DNA of 64,000 bases from Smithella sp. (GTDB lineage Bacteria > Desulfobacterota > Syntrophia > Syntrophales > Smithellaceae), in assembly GCA_039679455.1 (NCBI GenBank), contig JBDKUX010000075.1, positions 37,018 through 101,017 on the forward strand, read 5' to 3'. The position numbers were made by a program, and so were the translations under genes. The notes under the pieces are model-generated. The model was not told the DNA's origin and did no database searches. It saw nothing but the letters and a program-made list of their open reading frames with translations. Positions 28,287 to 39,595 of the stretch are shown here, piece by piece; position 1 is the first letter of the stretch; every line of letters starts with the position of its first letter.

Positions 28287-28616
28287 ATGGCCAAAAATAA
28301 ACTGTCAATGTTTTTTGTATTGGCGATGCTCATCAGCGCTATGTGGTTCCTTCTTCCGGCACTGCTTTATGCAGCGGAAGGAAAAGCGGCAACGGCGGAA
28401 GCAAACGGGGTAGGACCCTATATCAGCGCGGCGCTGGCTGTGGGATTGGCCTGTCTGGGCAGCGCCTATGCCGTCGCCCGCATAGGCTCCGCGGCCATTG
28501 GCGCGGTAAGCGAGAAACCGGAACTCATGGGAAGAACCCTGGTATTTCTCGGCCTGGCGGAAGGCATCGCCATTTACGGCCTGATTATCGCCATTATGAT
28601 TCTGAACAAGTTGTGA
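28287..28616 (+). CDS. V-type ATPase proteolipid subunit K (c)
   Basis: The 109-aa ORF has an N-terminal hydrophobic segment followed by a helical hairpin. The ion-binding Glu lies in 'LGLAEGIAIYGL'. Confidence 0.8.
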   Translation: MAKNKLSMFFVLAMLISAMWFLLPALLYAAEGKAATAEANGVGPYISAALAVGLACLGSAYAVARIGSAAIGAVSEKPELMGRTLVFLGLAEGIAIYGLIIAIMILNKL

Positions 28617-28737
28617 TTCACTATTCAAATCAAGATGATACCGCGGCGACGAGGAGGAGGCGACGAGGCGATACATACGTTGAGGAAACCGACGACGATG
28701 CCAACAAAGGTAGCGCTTGATTTGGAAAGAGAATAAT

Positions 28738-29043
28738 ATGGAAAAAATTTATATAATCGGAGACTTCCATACAGTGAGCGCATTTCGCCTTTCCGGAGTG
28801 GAAGGCATCGTTTCCGGTCCTGATAATGCCGCGGTCAAACTTGAAGAAATTATCGAAAAATATGACGCCTGCATTATACTGATGACTAATGATCTGACCG
28901 GTGACCTTCAGTCGCGAATCAAAGAGATTAATCTTAATAAGCCCAGCCCGGTAGTTATCGAAATACCCGGCATTGACGATACAGAAGGTTTCCGCCGATC
29001 AGCTATGAGTTATATTTCCGAAGCATTGGGATTTTCACTATGA
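28738..29043 (+). CDS. V-type ATPase subunit F
   Basis: I prefer the ATG at 28738 (MEKIYIIGD...). The ~100-aa size, 'GFRLSGV' and operon position all fit subunit F. Confidence 0.75.
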   Translation: MEKIYIIGDFHTVSAFRLSGVEGIVSGPDNAAVKLEEIIEKYDACIILMTNDLTGDLQSRIKEINLNKPSPVVIEIPGIDDTEGFRRSAMSYISEALGFSL

Positions 29044-29720
29044 CTGTTTCGCCACTGGAAAGTTCCATTCAAGAAGAAGCAACGCGCGCCATTGCCGCTA
29101 TTAAGGAAAAGGAGGCTTCCGAAATCATGCAGATGGAAGAGGCTTACGCCGCCGAGCTGGAGAGCTTTCAGAGTCAGGCCGAAACGGATACAGAGGCGCG
29201 GCTACAACAGGAAATTCCCAGGCTTTCGAACAGGGCCGTTCTTGAACGTCGAAAGCTCGAGCTGCAAAGCATGGAGCAGTTCATCAGCCATTTGGTGGAC
29301 GAGGTTATGAAAAATATAAGGCATAATCCTCTCTACAGGCAATTTCTTCTGGATGCCCTGCTGGATGTCGCCAGGAAAATTCCAGCGGGCCTGGAAGTGC
29401 GGCTCAAACCCGAAGACCTTGTTTTGGAAAAGGATATACTGGCCTCCCTTGCCACCGCAAACAGGGATCAGGACATTGTGATTAAGTCAGACCCGACAAT
29501 TCGCTGGGGCGGATGCCTGATCTATGATGAGACGGGCGGCCGTATTTTCAATCATACACTGGAAAGAATATATTACAGGAAATCACTTCTGATTCGCCAG
29601 AGGATTGTGAAGATGCTGACAAATCATGCACGTGGTGAGAAAGGGCAGCCTCCAACGGCGACAGAATCGTTAGGCAAAGAATGCGACTTGGTATCAGGCT
29701 GCGAAAGCAAGTTGGTATAA
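29040..29720 (+). CDS. V-type ATPase subunit E
   Basis: It has a long N-terminal helix and a C-terminal globular domain ('RWGGCLIYDETGGRIFNHTLE'). A 4-nt overlap links it to the subunit F gene. Confidence 0.75.
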   Translation: MTVSPLESSIQEEATRAIAAIKEKEASEIMQMEEAYAAELESFQSQAETDTEARLQQEIPRLSNRAVLERRKLELQSMEQFISHLVDEVMKNIRHNPLYRQFLLDALLDVARKIPAGLEVRLKPEDLVLEKDILASLATANRDQDIVIKSDPTIRWGGCLIYDETGGRIFNHTLERIYYRKSLLIRQRIVKMLTNHARGEKGQPPTATESLGKECDLVSGCESKLV

Positions 29721-29723
29721 GGC

Positions 29724-31502
29724 TTGAAAATGGACGAACTATTAACAGGAAAAGTGATCGCGGTGAACGGCCCTATTGTCAAGGCAAAGGGGCTTGCCAG
29801 AATAAAAATGTACGACATTGCCGAAGTCGGACCGGACCGACTCATTGGTGAAGTAATCAGGCTTATCGAGGACGTCACCATCATACAGGTTTACGAGGAC
29901 AATACGGGTTTGAAACCGGGCGATGATGTGGTTTCCTATGGCCGTCCGCTTTCCGTCCTTCTGGGACCGGGACTTATCGCCAATATCTACGACGGCATTC
30001 AACGTCCTCTTGTCGGCATCTCCGAAGTGTGTGGGAGTTATATTCAGAAGGGAATAAAACTCTCTCCGCTGGATGTCAATAAACGTTGGGAATTTCAGCC
30101 GCTGGTGAAAGCCGGAATTGATGTCACGGAAGGAACTATCCTGGGAGAAATCCGGGAAAGCCCGCTTGTCATGCACCTGGTGCTCATCCCCCCCGGAGTT
30201 TCCGGGAAATTGACCGGCATTATTGATGCAGGAGAATATACGATAGAAGACGAAATCTACACGGTTGATAGCGGCGCAGGCACATACAATGGAAAGCTGG
30301 CTGGTTACTGGCCGGTACGGAAACCGCGCCCCAACCGAATCAGAAAGAAACCTTTTATTCCCCTAATCACAGGCCAGAGAATTATCGACACGTTTTTCCC
30401 CATCGCCCGCGGAGGAACGGCGGCTATCCCCGGCGGATTTGGAACAGGCAAGACTATGACCCAGCATGCTTTGGCTAAATGGTGCAATGCGGACATCATC
30501 GTCTACATCGGCTGCGGCGAGCGCGGCAACGAGATGACGGATGTTCTCACGGACTTCCCGAAGCTCGTTGATGAAAGAAACGGCAGACCTCTGATCGAGC
30601 GTACCGTTATGATTGCCAACACTTCCAACATGCCGGTTCCCGCCCGGGAAGTAAGCATCTACACCGGAGTGACCATTGCCGAATACTACCGCGACATGGG
30701 ATACAGCGTAGCAGTAATGGCCGATTCCACTTCGCGCTGGGCGGAAGCATTAAGAGAACTCTCCAGCCGCCTGGGCGACATGCCGGCCGAAGAGGGATTT
30801 CCTCCCTATCTCGGCACGAGGCTGGCCGAATTCTACGAACGGGCGGGACTTGTGGAAACACTCTCCGGAAAAGACGGCGACATCACCATCGTCGGCGCGG
30901 TATCCCCTCCGGGCGGTGATTTTTCCGAGCCCGTCACTCAGCACACATCAAGATTTGTCAGATGCTTCTGGGCTCTGGATAAAGCCCTTGCCGACGCCCG
31001 GCACTATCCTTCCATCAGCTGGATAGACAGCTATACCGAATATCTCCCTGATATTGAAGATTGGTGGAAGGATCTCGACAGCGAATGGCTGACAACAAGA
31101 AATGAAGCAATGGACATTCTGCTTGCTGATCATCGACTGGAGCAGGTGGTGAAACTTGTCGGCAGCGACGCCCTGCCGCCCGCAGAGCAGTTCATCCTCT
31201 TTTGCGCTGAAATGATTAAGAATGCCTTCCTGCAGCAGAATTCCTTCGATCCGCAGGACAAGTTTTGCAGCCCGGAAAAGCAGCTGAAAATTTTGAAAAC
31301 TCTGCTGTTTCTTTACAAAAGGGGCCTGCAACAGGTGCATGCCGGTGTGCCGGTCAAGGATATTGCCGCACTTAGAGTTGTCTCGGAAATCGTGCGGCTT
31401 AAATCTGAAATTCCGAATCAGGAACTCGCCAGGATCGACGAGTATGTTAAAAGGCTGGAACAGGGTCTGGCGGCACTCAAAGCTACGGCAGCAGGAGTAT
31501 AA
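29724..31502 (+). CDS. V-type ATPase catalytic subunit A
   Basis: It has the Walker A 'GGFGTGKT', 'GCGERGNEM', '[13 protein letters not shown]' and the non-homologous insert typical of A subunits. The start is either TTG at 29724 or ATG at 29730. Confidence 0.92.
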   Translation: MKMDELLTGKVIAVNGPIVKAKGLARIKMYDIAEVGPDRLIGEVIRLIEDVTIIQVYEDNTGLKPGDDVVSYGRPLSVLLGPGLIANIYDGIQRPLVGISEVCGSYIQKGIKLSPLDVNKRWEFQPLVKAGIDVTEGTILGEIRESPLVMHLVLIPPGVSGKLTGIIDAGEYTIEDEIYTVDSGAGTYNGKLAGYWPVRKPRPNRIRKKPFIPLITGQRIIDTFFPIARGGTAAIPGGFGTGKTMTQHALAKWCNADIIVYIGCGERGNEMTDVLTDFPKLVDERNGRPLIERTVMIANTSNMPVPAREVSIYTGVTIAEYYRDMGYSVAVMADSTSRWAEALRELSSRLGDMPAEEGFPPYLGTRLAEFYERAGLVETLSGKDGDITIVGAVSPPGGDFSEPVTQHTSRFVRCFWALDKALADARHYPSISWIDSYTEYLPDIEDWWKDLDSEWLTTRNEAMDILLADHRLEQVVKLVGSDALPPAEQFILFCAEMIKNAFLQQNSFDPQDKFCSPEKQLKILKTLLFLYKRGLQQVHAGVPVKDIAALRVVSEIVRLKSEIPNQELARIDEYVKRLEQGLAALKATAAGV

Positions 31503-31503
31503 A

Positions 31504-32895
31504 ATGACTTCAGAAATAGAGTACACCAATCTTTCCGGCATTTCCGGTCCACTGATCTTCGTGGACGGCATCAAGGGGGTGGGCTACGGAGATATAGTGG
31601 AAATCCGCGACGCCTCAGGCGAGATACGGATAGGCCAGACACTCGAAGTGGATGAGGGGCGAGCCGTGGTCCAGGTGTTCGAAGGTACCAGCGGGCTTTC
31701 GGTACAGGGAATAAGAGTCACCTTTGTGGGAAAGCCGTTGGAAATCCCCGTTGATCGCAATATGCTGGGCAGGGTTTTTGATGGTCTGGGAAGGCCTATT
31801 GACGGGGCCCCGCAGGTGATCTCGGATAAGATGATGAATGTGAACGGCCTGCCGATAAACCCCTGGAGCAGGGAATACCCGCGAGACTTTATCCAGACGG
31901 GTATCTCCGCGATCGACGGCATGAATACCCTGATCCGGGGGCAGAAGCTGCCCATATTCTCGGGAAGCGGCATGCCGCATAACCGCATTGCCGCCCAGAT
32001 TGCACGACAGGCAAAGATTCTGACCGCCGAGGAAGAATTCACCGTCATCTTCGCCGCCATGGGCGTAAAATTCGACGTGGCCAGGTTTTTCATTGATTCC
32101 CTGGAGGAGTCGGGTGTTTTAACACACTCCGCCATATTCCTGAGTCTTGCCGATTCACCTTCCATCGAACGGTTGGTCACTCCGCGGACGGCACTGACAC
32201 TGGCCGAATATCTCGCCTTCGATGAAAATATGCATGTGCTTGTGATCCTGACGGACATGACGAATTATTGCGAGGCCCTGCGGGAGCTTTCCAGTTCGCG
32301 GGGCGAAATCCCCTCCCGCAAAGGTTACCCCGGCTATCTTTACAGCGATCTCGCCTCCGTATATGAACGCGCCGGAAGGCTGAAGGGTTCCAGGGGATCA
32401 ATTACCCAGGTGCCGATACTCACCATGCCCAGCGACGATATTTCCCATCCCGTACCGGATTTGACCGGCTATATCACCGAGGGGCAGATTGTTCTGGAGC
32501 GGGAGCTTTTCAACAGGGGAATATACCCGCCCATCGCCGGCTTGCCGTCATTGTCCAGACTGATGAAGGATGGAATCGGCGAGGGACGGACGCGCCAGGA
32601 TCACAGCCAGGTTGCAGCCCAGCTTTTCGCCTCCTATGCAAAAGTCAAACGTATACGTGCTCTGGCTGCCATAGTGGGTGAAGAGGAACTTTCCGAACTC
32701 GATAAAATCTATCTGAAATTCGGGACTGCGTTTGAGGAGGTTTTTCTGAGCCAGTCCTATGAAGAAAACCGTACAATCGAGCAGACGCTGGATATCGGCT
32801 GGCGAATGTTGTCACTGCTTCCCCGCGATGAACTCTATCGCATCGCCCGGGAGGATATACAGAAGTACTATATACCTCAGCGGGGGGAAGACTGA
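31504..32895 (+). CDS. V-type ATPase subunit B
   Basis: I chose the ATG at 31504 (MTSEIEYTN...), which has GGAG upstream and lies 1 nt after the subunit A stop. The track's 31339 start would overlap subunit A. Motifs include '[11 protein letters not shown]' and '[11 protein letters not shown]'. Confidence 0.9.
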   Translation: MTSEIEYTNLSGISGPLIFVDGIKGVGYGDIVEIRDASGEIRIGQTLEVDEGRAVVQVFEGTSGLSVQGIRVTFVGKPLEIPVDRNMLGRVFDGLGRPIDGAPQVISDKMMNVNGLPINPWSREYPRDFIQTGISAIDGMNTLIRGQKLPIFSGSGMPHNRIAAQIARQAKILTAEEEFTVIFAAMGVKFDVARFFIDSLEESGVLTHSAIFLSLADSPSIERLVTPRTALTLAEYLAFDENMHVLVILTDMTNYCEALRELSSSRGEIPSRKGYPGYLYSDLASVYERAGRLKGSRGSITQVPILTMPSDDISHPVPDLTGYITEGQIVLERELFNRGIYPPIAGLPSLSRLMKDGIGEGRTRQDHSQVAAQLFASYAKVKRIRALAAIVGEEELSELDKIYLKFGTAFEEVFLSQSYEENRTIEQTLDIGWRMLSLLPRDELYRIAREDIQKYYIPQRGED

Positions 32896-33515
32896 TGCCC
32901 AAAATAGAACTTCCCCCCACAAAATCATCGTTGCGCAAGCTCAAGGATGATCTTTCTTTCGCCTATGAGGGTTATGACCTCCTCAACCAGAAAAGAGAGA
33001 TACTGGCTATTGAGATTGTAAAAAAGATCAGCGCCATAAGAGAAATCGAGACCAATTTCCAGAAAGCTTTAAATGAGCTTTATGCCGGGTACCGGAATGC
33101 AGCTGTCGATATGGGCTCTGAGAACGTCACTCTTCAAAGTTGCATGGAAACAAGGGGCTATTTTCTCAAAACTGATTTCACCAAACTTATGGGCTTGAAG
33201 CTGCCCAATATTCAAATCAATCTGAAGAATCCCCGCCCTACTCTCACCTTGCCGCAAACAACCGCCGCCTATGATGAAGCAAAGGGAAAATCACGCCAGG
33301 CGCTGCAGATACTTGCCCAATACGCAACTGTTACCAAGTCGGTCATCATGCTTTCCCGGGAATTAAAAAAGGTGCAGCGACGCGTAAATGCCCTGGAGAA
33401 AATTTTCATCCCCCAGCATGAGGAAGCGAAAAAGTACATCACTGACCGCATCGAAGAGATGGAGCGCGAAGAGATTTTCGTGAAAAAGCTTATCCGGCAG
33501 CGCCAGTCTTTGTAA
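32895..33515 (+). CDS. V-type ATPase subunit D
   Basis: The 206-aa coiled-coil protein carries 'PTKSSLRKLKDDL' and 'LKKVQRRVNALE'. Its start overlaps the subunit B stop (TGATG). Confidence 0.85.
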   Translation: MPKIELPPTKSSLRKLKDDLSFAYEGYDLLNQKREILAIEIVKKISAIREIETNFQKALNELYAGYRNAAVDMGSENVTLQSCMETRGYFLKTDFTKLMGLKLPNIQINLKNPRPTLTLPQTTAAYDEAKGKSRQALQILAQYATVTKSVIMLSRELKKVQRRVNALEKIFIPQHEEAKKYITDRIEEMEREEIFVKKLIRQRQSL

Positions 33516-33562
33516 AAGTTTAAACCATCCCGAGTAATCTCCCTATGTTCAACGGCAATGAA

Positions 33563-34273
33563 CTATTTAAACAATGTAACCAAACCGTCATCCAAATCGT
33601 ATTTAGCGGCGACGATCTTTATTTTCTTATCCTTAACCAGATGCTTCAGGATGCCGGACTGCTTGGTCAGGTTGGCGGCAATGTTTTTGGCATTGGCGTC
33701 AGCCAGGCACTCCGCAAATTCACCGGCTTTATTCTCGGCACATTTCGGATCGGCTTTACATGCCTCGCAATCCCGGGCGGCAACTTTGGTGGAAGCAGCA
33801 ATTGTCTTAACAATGGCATCGATGTTTTTGCTGCCTGTTGATTTTCCCTTTGCTTCAACAGTCGCTTTAACGGCACCGCATCGTTCGTGCCCCAGAACCA
33901 TGATCAGCGGGGTACCAAGATGTTCGACAGCGTATTCAATGCTGCCAATAACAACAGGATCGGGCACATTACCGGCAACGCGAATAACGAATATCTCACC
34001 CAAACCTTTGTTAAAGATTATTTCGGGCGGAACACGCGAATCGGAACAGGTGAGAATAACGGCGTAAGGCTTCTGTGAGTTGGCCAAAGCTTTACGGGAA
34101 GCCGCGTCGCAACTTGACGCATAGTCCAACTTATTCGCTACATAATGCTTATTGCCGTCCAGCAATTTCTGCAACGCCTCCTCTGGCGAGATAGAGGCTG
34201 CGGAAGAGGCCAGCGCCGCACTTGCGGCAATAGAAATCAGGATCAATAAGAATACGGTCATTTTTTTCTTCAT
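33563..34273 (-). CDS. beta-class carbonic anhydrase, secreted
   Basis: It has the signal peptide 'MKKKMTVFLLILISIAASAALA' and the beta-CA zinc ligand motifs 'CSDSRVPPE' and 'GHERCGAV'. Confidence 0.85.
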   Translation of the reverse strand: MKKKMTVFLLILISIAASAALASSAASISPEEALQKLLDGNKHYVANKLDYASSCDAASRKALANSQKPYAVILTCSDSRVPPEIIFNKGLGEIFVIRVAGNVPDPVVIGSIEYAVEHLGTPLIMVLGHERCGAVKATVEAKGKSTGSKNIDAIVKTIAASTKVAARDCEACKADPKCAENKAGEFAECLADANAKNIAANLTKQSGILKHLVKDKKIKIVAAKYDLDDGLVTLFK

Positions 34274-34320
34274 AAATTAATCTCCTTGGTTCATTGAATT
34301 ATTTTTTAAAATACCTGTAG

Positions 34321-37300
34321 CTATTTCCTGTCCAATTCTTTTCTGACTGCAAAGCCGATCTTCTCCAGAACATAGGGTTTCCGGACAAAAGCCCCGGCGC
34401 CCATTTCCTGGGCTTTTCCGACACGGTCTGTCTCCGAAAAGCCGCTGACAATTACCGCTTTCTGCCCCGGGTTTATTTCCAGTATTCTCCGGTATGTTTC
34501 CATCCCGTCAATTCCCGGATCCATAATCATATCCAATATGATCAGGTCGGCTTTTTTACTTTTGAGATACTCAACCGCCTCCTCTCCGCCGGCAACAGCC
34601 TTAACCTGATATCCAATCCTCCCCAGCATGCTCACAACCAACTCACGCTGTTCCTTTACATCATCCACTACCAGAATGGTTTCGCCCTTCCCCATATAAT
34701 CGATGGGGGTTGGAGTTTTTTCAACTTTCGCCGACTCTTCTCTGGTTACGGGAAAATAGAGGGTAAAAGTAGTTCCTTTATCCTTTTCGCTCTGTACATC
34801 GATGTATCCATGGTGATCCATCACGGTTCCCCAGACAACAGCCAGTCCCAACCCTGTCCCGCTTCTTCCCATGACTTTCTTGGTATAGAAGGGCTCAAAG
34901 ATCTTATCCAGATCATTTGCGGAGATCCCGCTACCCGTGTCGGAAACCGACAAGACCACATAATCTCCTTCCCGGATCGTATGATAACCGCGGATAGGGT
35001 AATCCAGGTAACGGTTCGCCGTTTTTATCATTACTTCTCCATGATCGGCTATGGCTTCGGAGGCATTGGAAACAAGATTCATAATTGTCTTGCCTAAATG
35101 GACAGGCGACCCTTTGATTTTTAAAAGTCCATCTTCAAGATCGGTCCCAATCTTTACATTCGGATGATAATATTGCAGCTTCTCAAATTCCGGCGTCTGA
35201 AGGTAATCGTTAACCAGTTTATTCAGATCGACCACTTCCGATACGACTACACCTCTTCTGGCCAGGGTAAGCAGATCCTGAATGATCGCTGCTCCTCTGA
35301 TGCTGGATTGCAGAATACTGTCGGCGTACTTCGCCACGTGGCTGTTTTCCGGTATGTCTTCTTTTATAAGCTCTGAATATCCGACCATAATTCCCAGAAC
35401 ATTGTTGAGATCATGGGCAATCCCGCCCGCCATTGTTCCCAGAGCTTCCATCTTTTCCGCCCGGCTTAAACGTTCCTCCAGTTTTTTACGTTCCGTATTA
35501 TCACGGATACACTCTATGGCTGCGGTGATTTCACCTTTTGCATTGCGCAGGACGGATGCCGTTCCGGAGAGATGAACGTCCCCGGACAAGAAATTGGGAG
35601 CGAATGCTTCGCCAAAAATCACATCTCCCATCTTTTCAATCCCTGTGTACTGTTTTTCTATTTCATTATCCATTTCCAGTGCATAGTCAATAAGGACAGA
35701 TCTTCTCTCTCCATAGAAGGGCAAAGCGTATTCATGGTTGTTCTTACCAATCATATCCGCCTTCATTACACCGGTCAAATTTTCTATAGCTCGATTCCAG
35801 GCAATAATCTTGCCTTGCTTATCAATCACAAACGTTGCATCCGGAAGGAATTCGATGATTTCCGCAAGTCTCCGCTGCGATTCCCGGATTGTCCTTTCGG
35901 TCAGTTTTTGTTCGGTTATATCGTGAAGAGAGGCTACGCTTTCTCTTGTTCCGGGAATCATATCAACGCTGAGGGCAATATCTTTTATATTGCCATACCT
36001 GTCTCGGAATCTGCATTCATATTTTCGCGGAGCAGCGGTTTTATCTATTCTGCGCCTGCGATGATATTCCAACATTTGAGTCAGATCATCTTCAATGAAG
36101 AATTCCGTCCAACTTTTTTTCTCCTCGATTTCCTCTCTGGAAAAACCGGATAATTTTTCAAACTCGGAATTAACCAAAATTATTTTTGTATTCTCATGTA
36201 CAAGTACATTCGCAACACCTGTGTTTTCGAAAATTGTCCGGTATAAATGTTCTGATCTCTTTAAAGCCTCTTCCGTTTGCTTGCGATCGTTAATATCACT
36301 GACAATTCCCTGAAAATGGGTTATTGTTCCCTGCTCATCCCGTCGAACCCATGTCCTGTCGTCTATCCAGCGTACTTCTCCGGTTTTTGTGACAATGCGG
36401 TACTCCTGCTCGAATTCATTGCGTCTTTCCCCGATATACAGCACAACTTCCGCAGCAACACGTTCAAGATCATCGGGGTGAATGATACGGGCATAAGGAA
36501 TTTCCCCGCTAATTAAGTCATCCGGTGTATAGCCAAACTGGATAATATTTTCCGAAACGAACTCCACCGGCCAGTTATCCTCAGCACGCCATAAAAATGC
36601 AATGGACGGACTCTTATGGACGATAAAACCTATTTCCTGGAGATCACGGGAGGTTTGTCGCAGCGTTTCTTCCATTCGTATGCGTTCACTGACGTCTCTG
36701 GAAATACCGCAAAATCCTATAGAATCCCCTGCCTGATCTTTGATGATGGAAACCATCGTTTCAATCTTTGCCCTTGATCCATCTTTTTTTATAATTTCAT
36801 AATTTAAGAGCTTTGCAGAAATGTTTTTTTGGTAAAGCTCAGTGAAAGCGGCCTGTAAATATTTTTTATTGTCATAATCCACATACATTCGATAATTCAT
36901 ACCCATCATTTCTTCCGTGGTATAACCTGTGAACATGGGCACGACATTGTTGAAAAATGTCAGGTTGCCCTGTAAATCCACTTCAAAATAACCGTCATTG
37001 ATATTTTCCAATATATCGCGATATTTTTGTTCACTTTTCCTGAGAGCCGTTTGCGACCTTTTGATGTCCGTAATATCCAGAAGAGAAGCAACGCTGCTTC
37101 TTGCCCCTGGTATCAAATTGGCGGTCAGAAGAATATCTTTCAAAGTGCCGTCCTTATGTACAAGCTTAAACTCATAGCTTTTTGACGCCAGCCCCGAACC
37201 TTCCCTTCGCAACCGATGCTGGGTGATCATCTTTTCCAAATAACCCTTTTCAATAAATTCAGTCCACTTTTTCTTGCCCTCCACTTCCTCCCGCGTATAC

Positions 37301-37551
37301 CCGGTGAGTCCCTCAAATCCATTGTTGGCAAAGGCTATGGTCATATCCTCCTCAACAATTATCATGGTGGTCCCTGTAGTTTCGAAAATTGTCTGATATC
37401 GGAGTTCGGACGACCGCAGAACTTCTTCCACTTGTTCGTGCTCTGCCTCAGATCTTTCCAACATCTGGATTTTCTGCTTAAGTAATTTGTTTTCTTGGAT
37501 TATTTCTTGATTTACTTTGGATGGATCGTGCATTTTGCTCCTATGTCGCAA
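34321..37551 (-). CDS. multi-PAS hybrid sensor histidine kinase with C-terminal receiver
   Basis: The 1076-aa ORF has at least five PAS/PAC units (repeated '...RYRTIFENTG...' and 'DITERK' boundaries). It also has the HisKA H-box 'GGIAHDLNNVL', HATPase 'SVSDTGSGI' and 'GTGLGLAVV', and a REC domain with 'ILVVDDV' and 'DLIILDMIMDPGIDG'. Confidence 0.9.
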   Translation of the reverse strand: MRHRSKMHDPSKVNQEIIQENKLLKQKIQMLERSEAEHEQVEEVLRSSELRYQTIFETTGTTMIIVEEDMTIAFANNGFEGLTGYTREEVEGKKKWTEFIEKGYLEKMITQHRLRREGSGLASKSYEFKLVHKDGTLKDILLTANLIPGARSSVASLLDITDIKRSQTALRKSEQKYRDILENINDGYFEVDLQGNLTFFNNVVPMFTGYTTEEMMGMNYRMYVDYDNKKYLQAAFTELYQKNISAKLLNYEIIKKDGSRAKIETMVSIIKDQAGDSIGFCGISRDVSERIRMEETLRQTSRDLQEIGFIVHKSPSIAFLWRAEDNWPVEFVSENIIQFGYTPDDLISGEIPYARIIHPDDLERVAAEVVLYIGERRNEFEQEYRIVTKTGEVRWIDDRTWVRRDEQGTITHFQGIVSDINDRKQTEEALKRSEHLYRTIFENTGVANVLVHENTKIILVNSEFEKLSGFSREEIEEKKSWTEFFIEDDLTQMLEYHRRRRIDKTAAPRKYECRFRDRYGNIKDIALSVDMIPGTRESVASLHDITEQKLTERTIRESQRRLAEIIEFLPDATFVIDKQGKIIAWNRAIENLTGVMKADMIGKNNHEYALPFYGERRSVLIDYALEMDNEIEKQYTGIEKMGDVIFGEAFAPNFLSGDVHLSGTASVLRNAKGEITAAIECIRDNTERKKLEERLSRAEKMEALGTMAGGIAHDLNNVLGIMVGYSELIKEDIPENSHVAKYADSILQSSIRGAAIIQDLLTLARRGVVVSEVVDLNKLVNDYLQTPEFEKLQYYHPNVKIGTDLEDGLLKIKGSPVHLGKTIMNLVSNASEAIADHGEVMIKTANRYLDYPIRGYHTIREGDYVVLSVSDTGSGISANDLDKIFEPFYTKKVMGRSGTGLGLAVVWGTVMDHHGYIDVQSEKDKGTTFTLYFPVTREESAKVEKTPTPIDYMGKGETILVVDDVKEQRELVVSMLGRIGYQVKAVAGGEEAVEYLKSKKADLIILDMIMDPGIDGMETYRRILEINPGQKAVIVSGFSETDRVGKAQEMGAGAFVRKPYVLEKIGFAVRKELDRK

Positions 37552-37696
37552 AAAACAAGGTGGAAAGTAAAAATGGACGATATTTACTAATTAAACAACG
37601 CAGTTCGGCTTTTACCAAATGCCTTATGATCTGTCAAATGAAACGATATCCGGCACACCATCAGGTGATGATTATGGATGGAAACATGGATAGTCA

Positions 37697-37731
37697 TTTT
37701 CCCTGAAACCCAGCACACGTTTCCGGGAAAA
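37697..37731. repeat. inverted repeat downstream of the acyl-CoA synthetase gene (possible terminator or operator)
   Basis: 'ttttccctgaaac' and 'gtttccgggaaaa' pair at 12 of 13 positions around a 9-nt loop. No U-run follows on the minus strand, so this is not a canonical intrinsic terminator. Confidence 0.3.
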
Positions 37732-37771
37732 TGAAATAAGGATGCCGGAGAAAGGCCTTCCAATTTTTTGT

Positions 37772-39406
37772 CTAATGATTCTCCGTCTGAGCTTCAACCA
37801 GGCTGCCGCCGATATATTTTTTACGGAGTCGCGGTTTTTCAATTTTTCCGGTCGGGTTGCGCGGTACATTATCAAATATGATTTTACGCGGACGCTTGTA
37901 GCGCGGCAGACCGGTGCAAAACTGCTCTATATCGGCTGCGGAACAGGAAAACCCCGGCTTCAAATCAATTATCGCCACAGGAATTTCACCCAGACGGGGG
38001 TCAGGTAGTCCGATTACTGCCACATCCTTGATTGCTTCATGGGCACGCAGGAAGTCCTCAATCTGTACCGGATAAAGGTTTTCACCGCCGCTGATAATCA
38101 CGTCTTTTTTACGGTCAACCAGATAAACAAAGTCATCTTCATCCATTCGCGCCATATCGCCCGTATATAACCAGCCGTCTTTAAGCAGCTCGGCAGTGGC
38201 TTCCGGATTGTTGTAATAGCATTTCATTACGCCCGCGCCTTTTACGCAAAGTTCGCCCACATCGCCCTGCTTTACCTCGCTGCCTTTTTCATCCACAATC
38301 TTCAATTCCCACTTGTAGCCGGCCTTGCCGATGGCGCCGACCTTGTGGATGTTTTCAATGCCGAGATGAACACAACCGGGACCGATGGATTCCGACAGTC
38401 CGTAATTGGTATCGTATTCGTGCTTCGGGAAATATTGTTTCCAGCGCTTGATCAGGCTGGGCGGCACCGGCTGGGCACCGATGTGCATCAGCCTCCACTG
38501 ATCGAGCTTATATTCATCAAGTTTGATATCACCGCGTTCGATGGCATCCAGAATATCCTGCGCCCACGGAACCAGAAGCCAGACGATGGTTATCTGCTCG
38601 TCGGATACCGCTTTGATTATCCATTCCGGTTTGACGCCGCGCAGCAGAACGGCCTTACTGCCGGCAAGAAAGCTGCCGAACCAGTGCATCTTCGCACCGG
38701 TGTGATACAAAGGTGGAATACAGAGGAAATTGTCGCTGCGTGTCTGTTTGTGGTGATTCATCTCCACTTCGCAGGACATCGTCAGACTGCGGTGCGCATG
38801 GAGAATCGCTTTGGGAAAACCGGTGGTGCCTGATGAAAAATATATCGCGGCATCATCATCGTCGGAAAGCGGAATTTTCGGAGCCACTGAGGAACAGCAT
38901 GCCGTGAGCGCATAATAATTTTCGGCAAACGCAGGGCAGTCCATCCCGAGATACAGCCGCATTTTTACATTGGGAATCTGCTCCCGGATGGCGTCAATCT
39001 TATCGGTGAATTCCGGCCCGAAGATCAAGGCATCGCATTCGGCCAGATCAAGGCAGTATTTAATTTCATCATCTGTATAGCGGTAGTTGAGCGGCACCGC
39101 CAGAGCGCCGGTTTTGAGCACGCCGAAATAGATCGGCAGCCATTCCAGACAGTTCATGAGCAGGATCGCAACCTTCTGCCCCTTTTCCAGACCTCTTCCC
39201 AGCAAAAAGTTGGCAAAACGGTTGGCTTTGTCGTCAAACTCGTGCCAGGTCATCTCCCGCCGGTATCTTTTTTCGGGATCTTTTTCGACAAGTTGATAGT
39301 TTTTCCAGTCTGGTTTGATTTCCTGAATTTGTGGATTGAGTTCAATCAGGCTGACTTCTTCACCATAAAGGGCGGCGTTGCGCGCAAGAATTTCTGTGAT
39401 AGGCAT
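37772..39406 (-). CDS. AMP-forming acyl-CoA synthetase/ligase
   Basis: I chose the internal ATG at 39406 (MPITEILARN...). AMP-binding motifs are present: 'YFSSGTTGFPKAILH', 'YGLSE', 'YTGDMARMDEDDFVYLVDRKKDVIISGGENLYP' and 'PRNPTGKI'. Confidence 0.88.
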   Translation of the reverse strand: MPITEILARNAALYGEEVSLIELNPQIQEIKPDWKNYQLVEKDPEKRYRREMTWHEFDDKANRFANFLLGRGLEKGQKVAILLMNCLEWLPIYFGVLKTGALAVPLNYRYTDDEIKYCLDLAECDALIFGPEFTDKIDAIREQIPNVKMRLYLGMDCPAFAENYYALTACCSSVAPKIPLSDDDDAAIYFSSGTTGFPKAILHAHRSLTMSCEVEMNHHKQTRSDNFLCIPPLYHTGAKMHWFGSFLAGSKAVLLRGVKPEWIIKAVSDEQITIVWLLVPWAQDILDAIERGDIKLDEYKLDQWRLMHIGAQPVPPSLIKRWKQYFPKHEYDTNYGLSESIGPGCVHLGIENIHKVGAIGKAGYKWELKIVDEKGSEVKQGDVGELCVKGAGVMKCYYNNPEATAELLKDGWLYTGDMARMDEDDFVYLVDRKKDVIISGGENLYPVQIEDFLRAHEAIKDVAVIGLPDPRLGEIPVAIIDLKPGFSCSAADIEQFCTGLPRYKRPRKIIFDNVPRNPTGKIEKPRLRKKYIGGSLVEAQTENH

Positions 39407-39595
39407 CTTTTTATTCCTTCTGATTCTTATTTTATATACACCGATATTATTCGGGAATAATGTCAAGTTTGGTGGGAACTTGCTTTCACGGCAGGCAAGA
39501 TACGAATTTAGGGACTGCATGTCAAGAATGTTTTGACCACAGGATAAATGGACTCCGGCACCATTTGGAAACTCACCGGGTCTCTTCCATAATCC

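Noticed and set aside
30948-32258. Minus-strand ORFs of 208 aa, 224 aa and 121 aa lie opposite V-ATPase subunits A and B. The track also extends the subunit B ORF upstream from 31339.
   Set aside because: The A and B subunits are unambiguous (Walker A and conserved blocks). The upstream extension of B would overlap A by 164 nt, whereas the ATG at 31504 has an RBS and the expected N-terminus.
33545-34078. Plus-strand ORFs of 98, 169 and 63 aa lie opposite the carbonic anhydrase gene.
   Set aside because: The minus-strand frame carries the beta-CA zinc motifs and a signal peptide. The plus-strand frames are shadows.
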